From the human T2T-CHM13v2.0 reference genome, Homo sapiens, in the NCBI RefSeq assembly GCF_009914755.1, contig NC_060940.1: 64,000 nt of DNA; one strand, given 5' to 3'. The position numbers and the translations under genes were made by a program. Shown here in pieces: positions 27,164-43,100 of the stretch. The first letter of the stretch is position 1. Each line of letters starts with the position of its first letter. The notes under the pieces were generated by a model, which worked only from the letters and a program-made list of their open reading frames with translations, ran no database searches and was not told where the DNA came from.

Positions 27164-27261
27164 GATGATTCCACTCGATTCCATTTGATGATTATTCCAT
27201 TGGAGTCCACTTAGTGAATCCTTTAGATTCTACTCGAAGATGATTCCATTCGAGTCCATTC

Positions 27262-27359
27262 GATGATACCATTCAATTCCATTCGTTGATGCTTCCATTC
27301 AAGTGCATTCGATGATACCATTCAATTCCATTCGTTGATGCTTCCATTCAAGTGCATTC
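27262..27359 (+). repeat. Perfect 49-bp tandem duplication (23+26)
   Basis: GATGATACCATTCAATTCCATTCGTTGATGCTTCCATTCAAGTGCATTC at 27262-27310 and 27311-27359. Single in the other copies (e.g. 17281). Confidence 0.92.
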
Positions 27360-30300
27360 GATGATATCATTCGATTCCATTTGATGATAATTCCATTTGA
27401 TTCCATGCGATGATTCTATTCGATTCCATTCAATGATAATTCCATTCAATTCAGTGATTCCTCTGGACTCCATTTGATGATGATTCCATTCAATGATTCC
27501 ATTCGATTCTATTCGAAAATGATTCCATTTGAATCCATTTGATGATGATTCCATTGGATTCCATTTGATGATTCCATTCGATTCCATTCGATGATGATTC
27601 CATTCGATTCCTTTTGATGAATCCATTCTATTGTATTCGATGATGATTCCATTCGATTCCATTCGATGATGATTGGATTCGATTCCATTTGATGATTTCA
27701 TTTGATTCCATTCGATAATGATTTCGATCAATTCCATTCGATGATTCCATTCGATTCCATTCGATAATGATTATATCCGAGTCCATTCGATGATTCCATT
27801 TGAGCCCGTTCGATAATTCCATTTGAGTCCAATCAATGATTCCATTCATTTCCATTCAATGATTCCATTCGAGTCCATTTGATCATTCCGGTAGGGTCCG
27901 TTCGATGTTGATTCCATTGGAGTGCATTCGATGATTCCATTCGAGTCCATTTTAGGATTTGATTCGAGTCCTTTCGATGATTCCATTCGATTCCACTCGA
28001 TGATTTCATTCGAGTCCATTCGACACTTCCAATCGATTCCATTTGATGTTTCCATTCGATTCCAATTGATGATTCCATTCAATTCCATTCGATGATGATT
28101 CCGTACGATTCCATTCTGTGATGATTCCATGTGATTGCATTCAATGATGATTCCTTTCGATTGCATTCGATTATGATTCATTTCGTGTTCATTCTATGGT
28201 TCCACAGGTTTCCATTCGATGATGTTTCCATTCGTGTCCATTCCATTATTCCATTCTATTCCATTTGAAGATGATTCCATTCGATTCCATTCATTGGTGA
28301 TTCCACTCAATTCCATTCAATGATTCCATTCCATTTCTTTCAACAATGATTCCATTAGTTTCTATTCGATGATCCACTTGATTCCATTTGACGATGATTC
28401 CATTCGTGTCCATTCGATGATTCCATTTGATTCCATATGATGATGATTCCATTCGTTTCCATACGATGATGATTCCATTCGAGTCCATTCAATGGTGATC
28501 CATTCAATTCCATTCGATGATTCCTTCCGATTCCATTCAATGATGATGGCATTCGATTCCTTTCGATCATTCCCTTTGATTCCATTCAAAGGTGATTTCA
28601 TTCAAGTCCATTCGATAATTGCATTCGATTCCATTCTATGATGATTCCATTCGAGTCCATTTGATGATTCCATTCAATTCAAGTCAATGATGATTCCATT
28701 CGATTCCATTCGATGATTCCATTGGATTCCATTCGATGATGATTCCATTCAAATCCATTCGATAATTCAATTCAAGTCCATTCGATGATGATTCCAATCG
28801 AATCCATTCAAAGATTCCACTCAATTCCATTCGATGATGATTCCCTTAGATTCCATTCGATGATTCCACTTGATTCCATTTACGATGATTCCATTCGATT
28901 CCATGTGATGATTCCATTCAATTCTATTCAATGATGTTTCCACTTGATTCCATTCGAACATGATTGCCTTTGATTCCATTCAATGATTCCATACGGTTCC
29001 ATTTGATGATGATTCCATTCGAGTGCATTAGATGATTCCATTCGAGTCCATTCGATGATTCCATTCGATTCCATTCGATGTTGATTCTGTTCAAATCCAT
29101 TCGATGATTCCACTCGATTCCATTCGATGACTCCATTTGATCCCATTCGATGATTTCCTTTGATTCCCTTTGATGATCATTCCATTTGATTCAATTCGGT
29201 GATTTCATTTGATTCCATTCAGTGATGTTTCCATTCAACTCCTTTCGATGATGATTCCATTCGACTCCATTCGATTATGATTTCATTCAATTCCATTCGA
29301 TAATGATTCCCTTCAAGTCCATTCGATGATTCCATTCGATTCCATTCAACGATGATTTGATTCGTGTCCATTCGATGATTCCATTTGATTCCATTTGATG
29401 ATGATTCCATTCGAGTCCCTTTGATGATTCCATTCAATTCCATTCTCTGATGATTTCTTTTGAGGCCACTCAATGCTTCCACTCGATTCCATATGATGAT
29501 GACTCCATTCGATGAAATTCGATGATGATTCCATTCGCTTGCATTCGATGATGATTCCACTTGAGTCCGTTAGAAGATTCTATTCAATTACATTCCATGA
29601 CGATTCTGTTCGAGTCCATTTGATGATTCCATTAGACTCCATTCGACGATGATTCCATTCGATGTTATTCGATGATGATTCCATTCAACTCCATTCGATG
29701 TTTCCATTCGAGTTCATTCTATTATTCCATTAGATTCCATTCGATGATGATTCCATTCGATTCCATTTGATGATTGCATTCTATTTCATTTGATGATGAT
29801 TCCATTCGAGTCCATTCGATGATTCCATTCGAGTCCATTTAATGAATCCATTGGTTTCAATTCTATGATGATAACATTGGATTCCATTCGTTGATGATTT
29901 CATTCGATTCCATTCAATGATGATTCCATTCAATTCCATTCAATGATTCCATTCAATTCCATACGATGATGATTCCATTTGATTTGATTCGACAGTGAGC
30001 CATTCGATTCAATTCCATGATGATTCTATTTGATTCAATTGGTTGACATTTCCATTCGATTCCATTCGATGATGATTCCATTTGATTCCATTCAAAGATG
30101 ATTCCATTCTAGCCCATTCAATCATTCCATTCGATTCTATTCAATGATGATTCCATTCATGTCGATTTGGTGATTCCATTTGACTTCATTTGATGATGAT
30201 TCCTTTCAAGTTCATTGGATGATTCCATTCGATTCCATTTGATGATGATCCCATTCGAGTCCATTCAGTGATTCCACTCGTTTCCATTCCATGATGATTC

Positions 30301-31718
30301 CATTCCATTCCATTCAATGATTCCATTCGATTCCGTTTGATGATGATTTCATTCGAGTCCATTTGATGATTCCATTTGATTCCATTCGATGATGATTACA
30401 TTCGAGTCCATACGATGATTCCACTCAATTCCATATGATGATGATTCCATTCGATTCCATTCGATGATTCCATTCTATTCTATTCAATGGTGATTCCATT
30501 CGAGTACATTAGATGATTCCATTCGATTCCATTCAATGATGATTCTATTTGTGTCCCTTAGATGGTTCCACATGATTCCATTTCATGATGATACTATTTG
30601 AGCCCATCCAATGATTCCCTTCGATTCCATTCGATGAGGATTCCATTCGATTCAATTCATTGGTGATTCTATTCAATTCAATTCTTTGATTCCATTCCAT
30701 TCCATTCGACAATGATTCCATTCGATTTCTTTCGATGATTCCACTCGATTCCACTTGACATTGATTCCATTCGATTCCATTCAATGATTCCGTTTGATTC
30801 CAGTGGATGATGATTGCCATCGATTCCATTCGATCACTCCATTCTATTCCATTTGATGATGATTACATTCGATTCCATTTGATGATTCCATCTGATTCTA
30901 TTCGAGGATTCCATTTGATTCCATTCGATGATGATTCCATTCGAGTGCATTCGATGATTTCATTCGAGTACATCCAATGATTCCATTCGAGTCCATTTGA
31001 TGATTCCATTTGATTCCATTTGATTATGATTCTACTAGAGTCCATTCAATGACTCCATTCGAATCCATTCTACAATTCCATTCAAGGCCATTCGATGATT
31101 CCATTTCATGATTCCATTCGAGTCCATTTAATCATTACAGTCGAGTCCATTTGGTGATTCCACTGGATTTCTTTTGATAATGATACCATTCAATTACATT
31201 TGATGATGATCCCATTCAATTTCATTTGATGGTGATTCCATTAGAGTCCATTCGATGATTTCATTCGAGTCCCTTCATTGATTCCATCCGATTTCATTGG
31301 ATGATGACTCCATTCGAGTCCATTCGATGATTCCACTCGATTCCATTAGATGATTCCATTGGAGTCCATTTGATTGTTCCATTCGATTCTATTCGATTCC
31401 TTTCGAAGATTATTCCATTTGAGTCCATTCGATGATGATTCCATTCCATTCCATTCGATGATTCCGTTTGATTCCATTCGATGATTCCCTTCGATTCCTT
31501 TCTTTGATGATTCCATTCCATTCCATTCAATGATTCCATTCGAATCTATTCCATGATGATTCCTTTCGATTCCATTCGCTGATGTTTCCGTTCAATTCCA
31601 TTCGATGATGATTCCATTCGATTCCATTCATTGAGGTTTCCATTTGATTCCATTCAATGATGATTCCATTCTATTCCATTCAATGATTGCATTCAATTCC
31701 ATTCAATGATTATCCCCT

Positions 31719-34700
31719 TAGAGTAAACTCAACGATTCCATTCAATACCATTCGATGATGATTCCTTTTGAGTCCATTCAATGATTTCATTCAAGTCCAT
31801 TTGATGATTCCTTTCAATTCCATTCTATGATGATTCCATTCGAGTCCATTCGATGATTCCATTCGATTGCATTCGATGATTCCATTATATTCCATTCAAC
31901 GATGATTCCATTCGAGTCCATTCGATGATTCCATTAGAGTACATTTAATGATTGCTTTGTTTTCAATTCGAAGATGATTACATTGGATTCCATTCTATGA
32001 TACCATTCGATTCCATTCAATGATGATTCCACTCAAATCCATTGGATGATTCCATTCGTGTCCATTCTGTGATTTCATTAGATTCCATTCGAGGATGATT
32101 CCATTCGATTCCATTCGATGATTCCCTTCAATTCCATTCGATGATGATTCCATTCCAGTCCATATGATCATTCCATTTGATTTCATTCGATGATGATTCC
32201 ATTCGATTCCATTCGATGATTCCATTCTATTCCATTCGATGATGATTCCACTCGAGTCCATTCGATGATTCCATTCGATTCCATTTAATGATTCCATTGG
32301 GTTCAATTCAATGATGATTACATTGGATTCCGTTCTATGATTCCATTCAATTCCGTTCATTGACAATTTGATTCCATTCGATGATGATTCCATTTGAGTT
32401 CATTCGATGATTCTATTCGATTCTCTTCGATGGTGATTCAATTCTATTATATTGGATGATTCCATTCGATTCCATTTGATGTTGATTCAATTCGATTCTA
32501 TTCGATGATGATTCCATTGGATTTCACTTGATGATTCTATTCGATTCCATTCAATGATGATTCACTTCTCGTCCATTGGATGATTCCATTTCATTCCATT
32601 CGATGATGATTCCATTCGATTCCATTCGATGATTCCATTTGATTCCATGCGTCGGTGAGCAATTCGATTCAATTCCATGATGATTCTATTTGATTCAATT
32701 AGATGATGTTTCCATTCGAATCCATTCCATGATTATTCCATTGGAATCCATTCGGCGATGATTCCATATGAGTCAATTCAATGATGATTCCATATGGGTC
32801 CGTTCGATGATAATTCCATTTGATTTCATTCGGTGCTTCTATTCAATTCCAGTCGATGATGATTCCGTTGGAGTCCATACGATGATTCCATTTGATTTCA
32901 TTTGATGATGATTCCATTCGATGATGATTACATTGGATTCCATTCTATGATTCCATTCAATTCCATTCGTTGATGATTCGATTCCATTCAATGATGATTC
33001 CATTTGAGTTCATTCGATGATTCTATTCGATTCCGTTCGATGGTGATTCAATTCTCTTATATTGGATGAATCCACTCGATTCCATTTGATGATTATTCCA
33101 TTGGAGTCCACTTAGTGAATCCTTCAGATTCTACTTGAAGATGATTCCATTCAAGTCCATTCGATGATACCATTCAATTCCATTCGTTGATGCTTCCTTT
33201 CAAGTGCATTCGATGATATCATTCGATTCCATTTGATGATAATTCCATTTGATTCCATGCGATGATTCTATTCGATTCCATTCAATGATAATTCCATTCA
33301 GTTCAGTGATTCCTCTGGACTCCATTTGATGATGATTCCATTCAATGATTCCATTCGATTCTATTCGAAAATGATTCCATTTGAATCCATTTGATGATGA
33401 TTCCATTAGATTCCATTTGATGATTCCATTCGATTCTATGCGACGATGATTCCATTCGATACCATGTGATGATTCCATTCTATTCTATTCGATGATGATT
33501 CCATTCGATTCCATTCGATGATGATTGGATTCGATTCCATTTGATGATTTCATTTGATTCCATTCGTTAATGATTTCGATCAATTCCATTCGATGATTCC
33601 ATTCGATTCCATTCGATAATGATTACATCCGTGTCCATTCAATGATTCCATTTGAGCCTGTTCGATAATTCCATTTGAGTCCAACCAATGATTCCATTCA
33701 TTTCCATTCATTGATTCCATTCGAGTCCATTTGATCATTCCGGTAGGGTCCATTCGATGTTGATTCCATTGGAGTGCATTCGATGATTCCATTCGAGTCC
33801 ATTTTATGATTTGATTCGAGTCCTTTCGATGATTCCATTCGATTCCACTCGATGATGATTCATTCGAGTCCATTCGACACTTCCAATCGTTTCCATTTGA
33901 TGATTCCATTCGAGTCCAATTGATGATTCCATTCAATTCCATTCGATGATGATTCCGTACGATTCCATTCTGTGATGATTCCATGTGATTGCATTCAATG
34001 ATGATTCCTTTCGATTGCATTCGATTATGATTCATTTCGTGTTCATTCTATGGTTCCACAGGTTTCCATTCGATGACGTTTCCGTTCGTGTCCATTCCAT
34101 TATTCCATTCTATTTCATTTGATGATGATTCCATTCGATTCCATTCATTGGTGATTCCACTCAATTCCATTCAATGATTCCATTCCATTTCTTTCAACAA
34201 TGATTCCATTAGTTTCTATTCGATGATCCACTTGATTCCATTTGGCGATGATTCCATTCGTGTCCATTCGATGATTCCATTTGATTCCATATGATGATGA
34301 TTCCATTCGATTCCATACGATGATGATTCCATTCGAGTCCATTCAATGGTGATTCCATTCAATTCCATTCGATGATTCCTTCCGATTCCATTCGATGATG
34401 ATGGCATTCGATTCCTTTCAATCATTCCCTTTGATTCCATTCAAAGGTGATTTCATTCAAGTCCATTCGATAATTGCATTCGATTCCATTCTATGATGAT
34501 TCCATTCGAGTCCATTTGATGATTCCATTCAATTCAAGTCAATGATGATTCCATTCAATTCCACTCGATGATTCCATTGGATTCCATTCGATGATGATTC
34601 CATTCAAATCCATTCGATAATTCAATTCAAGTCCATTCGATGATGATTCCAATCGAATCCATTCAAAGATTCCATTCAATTCCATTCGATGATGATTCCC

Positions 34701-37187
34701 TTAGATTCCATTCGATGATTCCACTTGATTCCATTTACGATGATTCCATTCTATTCCATGTGATGATTCCATTCAATTCTATTCAATGATGTTTCCATTT
34801 GATTCCATTGGACCATGATTGCCTTTGATTCCATTCAATGATTCCATTCGGTTCCATTTGATGATGATTCCGTTCGATTCCATTTCATTATTCCATTTGA
34901 TTCCATTGGATGAGTCCATTCGATTACATTCGATGATTATTCCATTCGAGTGCATTAGATGATTGCATTCGAGTCCATTCGATGATTCCATTCGATTCCA
35001 TTCGATGTTGATTCTGTTCAAATCCATTCGATGATTCCACTCGATTCCATTCGATGACTCCATTTGATCCCATTCGATGATTTCCTGTGATTCCCTTTGA
35101 TGATCGTTCTATTTGATTCAATTCGGTGATTTCATTTCATTCCATTCAGTGATGTTTCCATTCGACTGTATTCCATGATGATTCCATTCGACTCCATTCG
35201 ATTATGATTTCATTCAATTCCATTCAATAATGATTCCCTTCGAGTCCATTCGATGATTCCATTCGATTCCATTCAACGATGATTTGATTCGTTTCCATTC
35301 GATGATTCCATTTGATTCCACTTGATGATGATTCCATTCGAGTCCATTTGATGATTCCATTCGAGTCTATTTATGTATTATATTCGTGTCCACTTCATGA
35401 TTCCATTCAATTCCATTTAATGTTGATTCCATTTGATTCCATTTGATGATTCAGTTCGATTCCTTGCAATGATTCCCTACGATTCCTTTCTATGATGATT
35501 CCATTCGATTCCATTCATTGATGATTTCATTCGACTCCATTCGATGATGATTCCTTTCGATTCCATTTGACGATGTTTCCATTCGAGTCCATTCGATGAT
35601 GATTCTATTCAATTCTGTTCTATTATGATTCCATTCGATTTCATTCAATGCTTCTATTTGATTCCATTCGATGATGATTCCATCTCTTTCCCTTCGATGA
35701 TTCCATTTGATTCCATTCAGTGATGATTCCATTGGATTCCATCTGATGATGATTTCACTTGATTCCTTTCAATGATGATTCAATTCAAGTCCATTCGATG
35801 ATTCCATTGGATTCCAAACGATCATTCCGTTCGATTCCATTCAATGGTGATTCCATTCATGTCCATTCGATGAATCCATTCAATTCCATTCGATGATGAC
35901 TCCATTCGAGTACATTCGATGATTCCATTTGATTCCATTTGAAGATGATTCCATTCAATTCCATTCGAAGATGATTCCATTCAATTCCATTCGATGATGA
36001 TTCCGTATGAATCCATTCTCTGATTATTCCATTCGATTCCATTCATTGACGATTCCATTCAATTCCATTCAATGATGATTCTCTTCTATTCCATTCGATG
36101 ATTCCGGTCGATTCCATTCGATGATGATTCCATTAGATTCCATTCGATTGTTGCATTCGATTCCCTTCGATGATGATTCCTTTGAATTCCATTCGATTAT
36201 CATTCCGTATGAATCCATTTGATGATTATTCCATTGGATTCCTTTCGATGATGATTCCATTCGATTCCATTTGATGATGTTTCTCTTGTATTCCATTGGA
36301 TAATTCCTTTCAGTTCCCTTCGATGATTATTCTTTCGAGTCAATTCGATGATTCTATTCCATTCCCTTCGATGATGATTCCATTTCACTCCATTTGATGA
36401 TTCCATTCGACTCAATTTGGTGATGATTCAATTCGATGACATTCGATGACTCCATTCAATTTCATTTCATGATGATTACATTCGAGTCCATTTGATGATT
36501 GTATTCCTTTCCTTTTGATGATTATTCCATTCGTGTCTATTCAAAGGTTCCATTCTATTCCATTCAATGATGATTGCATTTGATTCCATTCAATGATTAT
36601 GGCTATCGATTCCACTCGTTGATTCCATTTGATTCCGTTCGATGATTATTCTGTTAGATTCCATTAGAAGATTCCATTCGATTTTATTCAATGATTCCAA
36701 TGGATTCCATTCAATGATGATTCCATTCGACTCCATTCAGTGATTCCATTCGAGTCCATTTGATGATTCCATTCTTTTCCATTTGATGATGATTCCATTA
36801 GGGTCCATTCAATGATTCCATTCGAGTCCATTCGTTAATGCCTTTCGAGTCCTTTTGATCACTACATTCGAGTCCATTCAATGATTCTATTCGATTCCAT
36901 TCCATGATGATTCCATTCGAGTTCATTCGATGATTGCATTCGAGTCCATTTGATGATTCCATATGATTCCCTTCGACAATGATTCCATTCGTGTCCATTT
37001 GATGATTCCATTCATTTCCTATCGATGAAGATTCCATTCAAGTGTATTCGATGATTCCATTCAAATCCATTCGATGATGATTCCATTCGATTCCATTCAT
37101 TGAGGATTCCATTTGATTCCATTAAATGATGATTCCGTTCTATTCCATTCAATGATTGCATTCAATTCCATTCAATGATTATCCCCT
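31719..37187 (+). repeat. Super-unit copy 3, truncated (5469 bp; ~4.5 kb missing)
   Basis: Block X runs directly into the end-of-unit text ...CATTCATTGAGGATTCC at ~37090. Confidence 0.87.
35363..37088 (+). repeat. Block X copy 3, lacking its last ~100 bp
   Basis: Offset 20011 from copy 1. GAATTC at 36184. Confidence 0.84.
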
Positions 37188-40100
37188 TAGAGTAAACTCA
37201 ACGATTCCATTCAATACCATTCGATGATGATTCCTTTTGAGTCCATTCAATGATTTCATTCAAGTCCATTTGATGATTCCTTTCAATTCCATTCTATGAT
37301 GATTCCATTCGAGTCCATTCGATGATTCCATTCAATTGCATTCGATGATTCCATTATATTCCAGTCAACGATGATTCCATTCGAGTCCATTCGATGATTC
37401 CATTAGAGTACATTTAATGATTGCTTTGTTTTCAATTCGAAGATGATTACATTGGATTCCATTCTATGATACCATTCGATTCCATTCAATGATGATTCCA
37501 CTCAAATCCATTGGATGATTCCATTCGTGTCCGTTCGGTGATTTCATTAGATTCCATTCGAGGATGATTCCATTCGATTCCATTCGATGATTCCATTCAA
37601 TTCCATTCGATGATGATTCCATTCCAGTCCATATGATCATTCCATTTGATTTCATTCGATGATGATTCCATTCGATTCCATTCGATGATTCCATTCTATT
37701 CCATTCGATGATGATTCCATTCGAGTCCATTCGATGATTCCATTCGAGTCCATTTAATGATTCCATTGGGTTCAATTCAATGATGATTACATTGGATTCC
37801 GTTCTATGATTCCATTCAATTCCGTTCATTGACAATTTGATTCCATTCGATGATGATTCCATTTGAGTTCATTCGATGATTCTATTCGATTCTCTTCGAT
37901 GGTGATTCAATTCTATTATATTGGATGATTCCATTCGATTCCATTTGATGTTGATTCAATTCGATTCTATTCGACGATGATTCCATTGGATTTCACTTGA
38001 TGATTCTATTCGATTCCATTCAATGATGATTCACTTCTCGTCCATTGGATGATTCCATTTCATTCCATTCGATGATGATTCCATTCGATTCCTTTCGATG
38101 ATTCCATTTGATTCCATGCGACGGTGAGCAATTCGATTCAATTCCATGATGATTCTATTTGATTCAATTAGATGATGTTTCCATTCGAATCCATTCCATG
38201 ATTATTCCATTGGAATCCATTTGGCGATGATTCCATATGAGTCAATTCAATGATGATTCCATATGGGTCCGTTCGATGATAATTCCATTTGATTTCATTC
38301 GATGCTTCTATTCAATTCCAGTCGATGATGATTCCGTTGGAGTCCATACGATGATTCCATTTGATTTCATTTGATGATGATTCCATTCGATGATGATTAC
38401 ATTGGATTCCATTCTATGATTCCATTCAATTCCATTCGTTGATGATTCGATTCCATTCAATGATGATTCCATTTGAGTTCATTCGATGATTCTATTCGAT
38501 TCCGTTCGATGGTGATTCAATTCTATTATATTGGATGATTCCACTCGATTCCATTTGATGATTATTCCATTGGAGTCCACTTAGTGAATCCTTTAGATTC
38601 TACTCGAAGATGATTCCATTCGAGTCCATTCGATGATACCATTCAATTCTATTCGTTGATGCTTCCATTCAAGTGCATTCGATGATATCATTCGATTCCA
38701 TTTGATGATAATTCCATTTGATTCCATGCGATGATTCTATTCGATTCCATTCAATGATAATTCCATTCAATACAGTGATTCCTCTGGACTCCATTTGATG
38801 ATGATTCCATTCAATGATTCCATTCGATTCCATTCCAAAATGATTCCATTTGAATCCATTTGATGATGATTCCATTAGATTCCATTTGATGATTCCATTC
38901 GATTCCATTTGACGATGATTCCATTCGATTCCATTTGATGATTCCATTCTATTCTATTCGATGATGATTCCATTCGATTCCATTCGATGATGATTGGATT
39001 CGATTCCATTTGATGATTTCATTTGATTCCATTCGTTAATGATTTCGATCAACTCCATTCGATGATTCCATTTAATTCCATTCGATAATGATTACATCCG
39101 AGTCCATTCGATGATTCCATTTGAGCCCGTTCGATAATTCCATTTGAGTCCAATCAGTGATTCCATTCATTTCCATTCAATGATTCCATTCGAGTCCATT
39201 TGATCATTCCGGTAGGGTCCGTTCGATGTTGATTCCATTGGAGTGCATTCGATGATTCCATTCGAGTCCATTTTAGGATTTGATTCGAGTCCTTTCGATG
39301 ATTCCATTCGATTCCACTCGATGATGATTTCATTCGAGTCCATTCGACACTTCCAATCGATTCCATTTGATGTTTCCATTCGAGTCCAATTGATGATTCC
39401 ATTCAATTCCATTCGATGATGATTCCGTACGATTCCATTCTGTGATGATTCCATGTGATTGCATTCAATGATGATTCCTTTCGATTGCATTCGATTATGA
39501 TTCATTTCGTGTTCATTCTATGGTTCCACAGGTTTCCATTCGATGACGTTTCCGTTCGTGTCCATTCCATTATTCCATTCTATTTCATTTGATGATGATT
39601 TCATTCGATTCCATTCATTGGTGATTCCACTCAATTCCATTCAATGATTCCATTCCATTTCTTTCAACAATGATTCCATTAGTTTCTATTCGATGATCCA
39701 CTTGATTCCATTTGGCGATGATTCCATTCGTGTCCATTCGATGATTCCATTTGATTCCATATGATGATGATTCCATTCGATTCCATACGATGATGATTCC
39801 ATTCGAGTCCATTCAATGGTGATTCCATTCAATTCCATTCGATGATTCCTTCCGATTCCATTCGATGATGATGGCATTCGATTCCTTTCAATCATTCCCT
39901 TTGATTCCATTCAAAGGTGATTTCATTCAAGTCCATTCGATAATTGCATTCGATTCCATTCTATGATGATTCCATTCGAGTCCATTTGATGATTCCATTC
40001 AATTCAAGTCAATGATGATTCCATTCGATTCCACTCGATGATTCCATTGGATTCCATTCGATGATGATTCCATTCAAATCCATTCGATAATTCAATTCAA

Positions 40101-43100
40101 GTCCATTCGATGATGATTCCAATCGAATCCATTCAAAGATTCCATTCAATTCCATTCGATGATGATTCCCTTAGATTCCATTCGATGATTCCACTTGATT
40201 CCATTTAAGATGATTCCATTCGATTCCATGTGATGAATCCATTCAATTCTATTCAATGATGTTTCCATTTGATTCCATTGGACCATGATTGCCTTTGATT
40301 CCATTCAATGATTCCATTCGGTTCCATTTGATGATGATTCCGTTCGATTCCATTTCATTATTCCATTTGATTCCATTGGATGAGTCCATTCGATTACATT
40401 CGATGATTATTCCATTCGAGTGCATTAGATGATTGCATTCGTGTCCATTCGATGATTCCATTCGATTCCATTCGATGTTGATTCTGTTCAAATCCATTCG
40501 ATGATTCCACTCGATTCCATTCGATGACTCCATTTGATCCCTTTCGATGATTTCCTGTGATTCCCTTTGATGATCATTCTATTTGATTCAATTCGGTGAT
40601 TTCATTTCATTCCATTCAGTGATGTTTCCATTCGACTGTATTCGATGATGATTCCATTCGACTCCATTCGATTATGATTTCATTCAATTCCATTCCATAA
40701 TGATTCCCTTCGAGTCCATTCGATGATTCCATTCGATTCCATTCAACGATGATTTGATTCGTTTCCATTCGATGATTCCATTTGATTCCACTTGATGATG
40801 ATTCCATTCGAGTCCATTTGATGATTCCATTCGAGTCTATTTATGTATTATATTCATGTCCACTTCATGATTCCATTCAATTCCATTTAATGTTGATTCC
40901 ATTTGATTCCATTTGATGATTCAGTTCGATTCCTTGCAATGATTCCCTACGATTCCTTTCTATGATGATTCCATTCGATTCCATTCATTGATGATTTCAT
41001 TCGACTCCATTCGATGATGATTCCTTTCGATTCCATTTGACGATGTTTCCATTCGAGTCCATTCGATGATGATTCTATTCAATTCTGTTCTATTATGATT
41101 CCATTCGATTTCATTCAATGCTTCTATTTGATTCCATTCGATGATGATTCCATCTCTTTCCCTTCGATGATTCCATTTGATTCCATTCAGTGATGATTCC
41201 ATTGGATTCCATCTGATGATGATTTCACTTGATTCCTTTCAATGATGATTCAATTCAAGTCCATTCGATGATTCCATTGGAGTCCAAACGATCATTCCGT
41301 TCGATTCCATTCAATGGTGATTCCATTCATGTCCATTCGATGAATCCATTCAATTCCATTCGATGATGACTCCATTCGAGTACATTCGATGATTCCATTT
41401 GATTCCATTGGAAGATGATTCCATTCAATTCCATTGGAAGATGATTCCATTCAATTCCATTCGATGTTGATTCCGTATGAATCCATTCCCTGATTATTCC
41501 ATTCGATTCCATTCATTGACGATTCCATTCAATTCCATTCAATGATGATTCTCTTCTATTCCATTCGATGATTCCGGTCGATTCCATTCGATGATGATTC
41601 CATTAGATTCCATTCGATTGTTGCATTCGATTCCCTTCGATGATGATTCCTTTGAATTCCATTCGATTATCATTCCGTATGAATCCATTTGATGATTATT
41701 CCATTGGATTCCTTTCGATGATGATTCCATTCGATTCCATTTGATGATGTTTCTCTTGTATTCCATTGGATAATTCCTTTCAGTTCCCTTCGATGATTAT
41801 TCTTTCGAGTCAATTCGATGATTCTATTCCATTCCCTTCGATGATGATTCCATTTCACTCCATTTGATGATTCCATTCGACTCAATTTGGTGATGATTCA
41901 ATTCGATGACATTCGATGACTCCATTCAATTTCATTTGATGATGATTACATTCGAGTCCATTTGATGATTGTATTCCTTTCCTTTTGATGATTATTCCAT
42001 TCGTGTCTATTCAAAGGTTCCATTCTATTCCATTCAATGATGATTGCATTTGATTCCATTCAATGATTATGGCTATCGATTCCACTCGTTGATTCCATTT
42101 GATTCCGTTCGATGATTATTCTGTTAGATTCCATTAGAAGATTCCATTCGATTTTATTCAATGATTCCAATGGATTCCATTCAATGATGATTCCATTCGA
42201 CTCCATTCAGTGATTCCATTCGAGTCCATTTGATGATTCCATTCTTTTCCATTTGATGATGATTCCATTAGGGTCCATTCAATGATTCCATTCGAGTCCA
42301 TTCGTTAATGCCTTTCGAGTCCTTTTGATCACTACATTCGAGTCCATTCAATGATTCTATTCGATTCCATTCCATGATGATTCCATTCGAGTTCATTCGA
42401 TGATTGCATTCGAGTCCATTTGATGATTCCATATGATTCCCTTCGACAATGATTCCATTCGTGTCCATTTGATGATTCCATTCATTTCCTATCGATGAAG
42501 ATTCCATTCAAGTGTATTCGATGATTCCATTCAAATCCATTCGATGATGATTCCATTCCAGTCCATTCGATCATTCCACTTGATTCCATTTGATGACTAT
42601 TCCATTCAAATCCATTTGATGATTCCATTCGATTCCATTCGATGTTACCATTCGAGTATATACGATGATTCCACTCGATTCCATTTGATGATTATTCCAT
42701 TGGAGTCCACTTAGTGAATCCTTTAGATTCTACTCGAAGATGATTCCATTCGAGTCCATTCGATGATACCATTCAATTCCATTCGTTGATGCTTCCATTC
42801 AAGTGCATTCGATGATATCATTCGATTCCATTTGATGATAATTCCATTTGATTCCATGCGATGATTCTATTCGATTCCATTCAATGATAATTCCATTCAA
42901 TTCAGTGATTCCTCTGGACTCCATTTGATGATGATTCCATTCAATGATTCCATTCGATTCTATTCGAAAATGATTCCATTTGAATCCATTTGATGATGAT
43001 TCCATTGGATTCCATTTGATGATTCCATTCGATTCCATTCGATGATGATTCCATTCGATTCCTTTTGATGAATCCATTCTATTGTATTCGATGATGATTC

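Larger units (their letters stand above)
21689..31718 (+). repeat. Super-unit copy 2 (10030 bp)
   Basis: 9983 + 49 (tandem duplication at 27262) - 1 (~23830) - 1 (~28498) = 10030. Confidence 0.88.
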
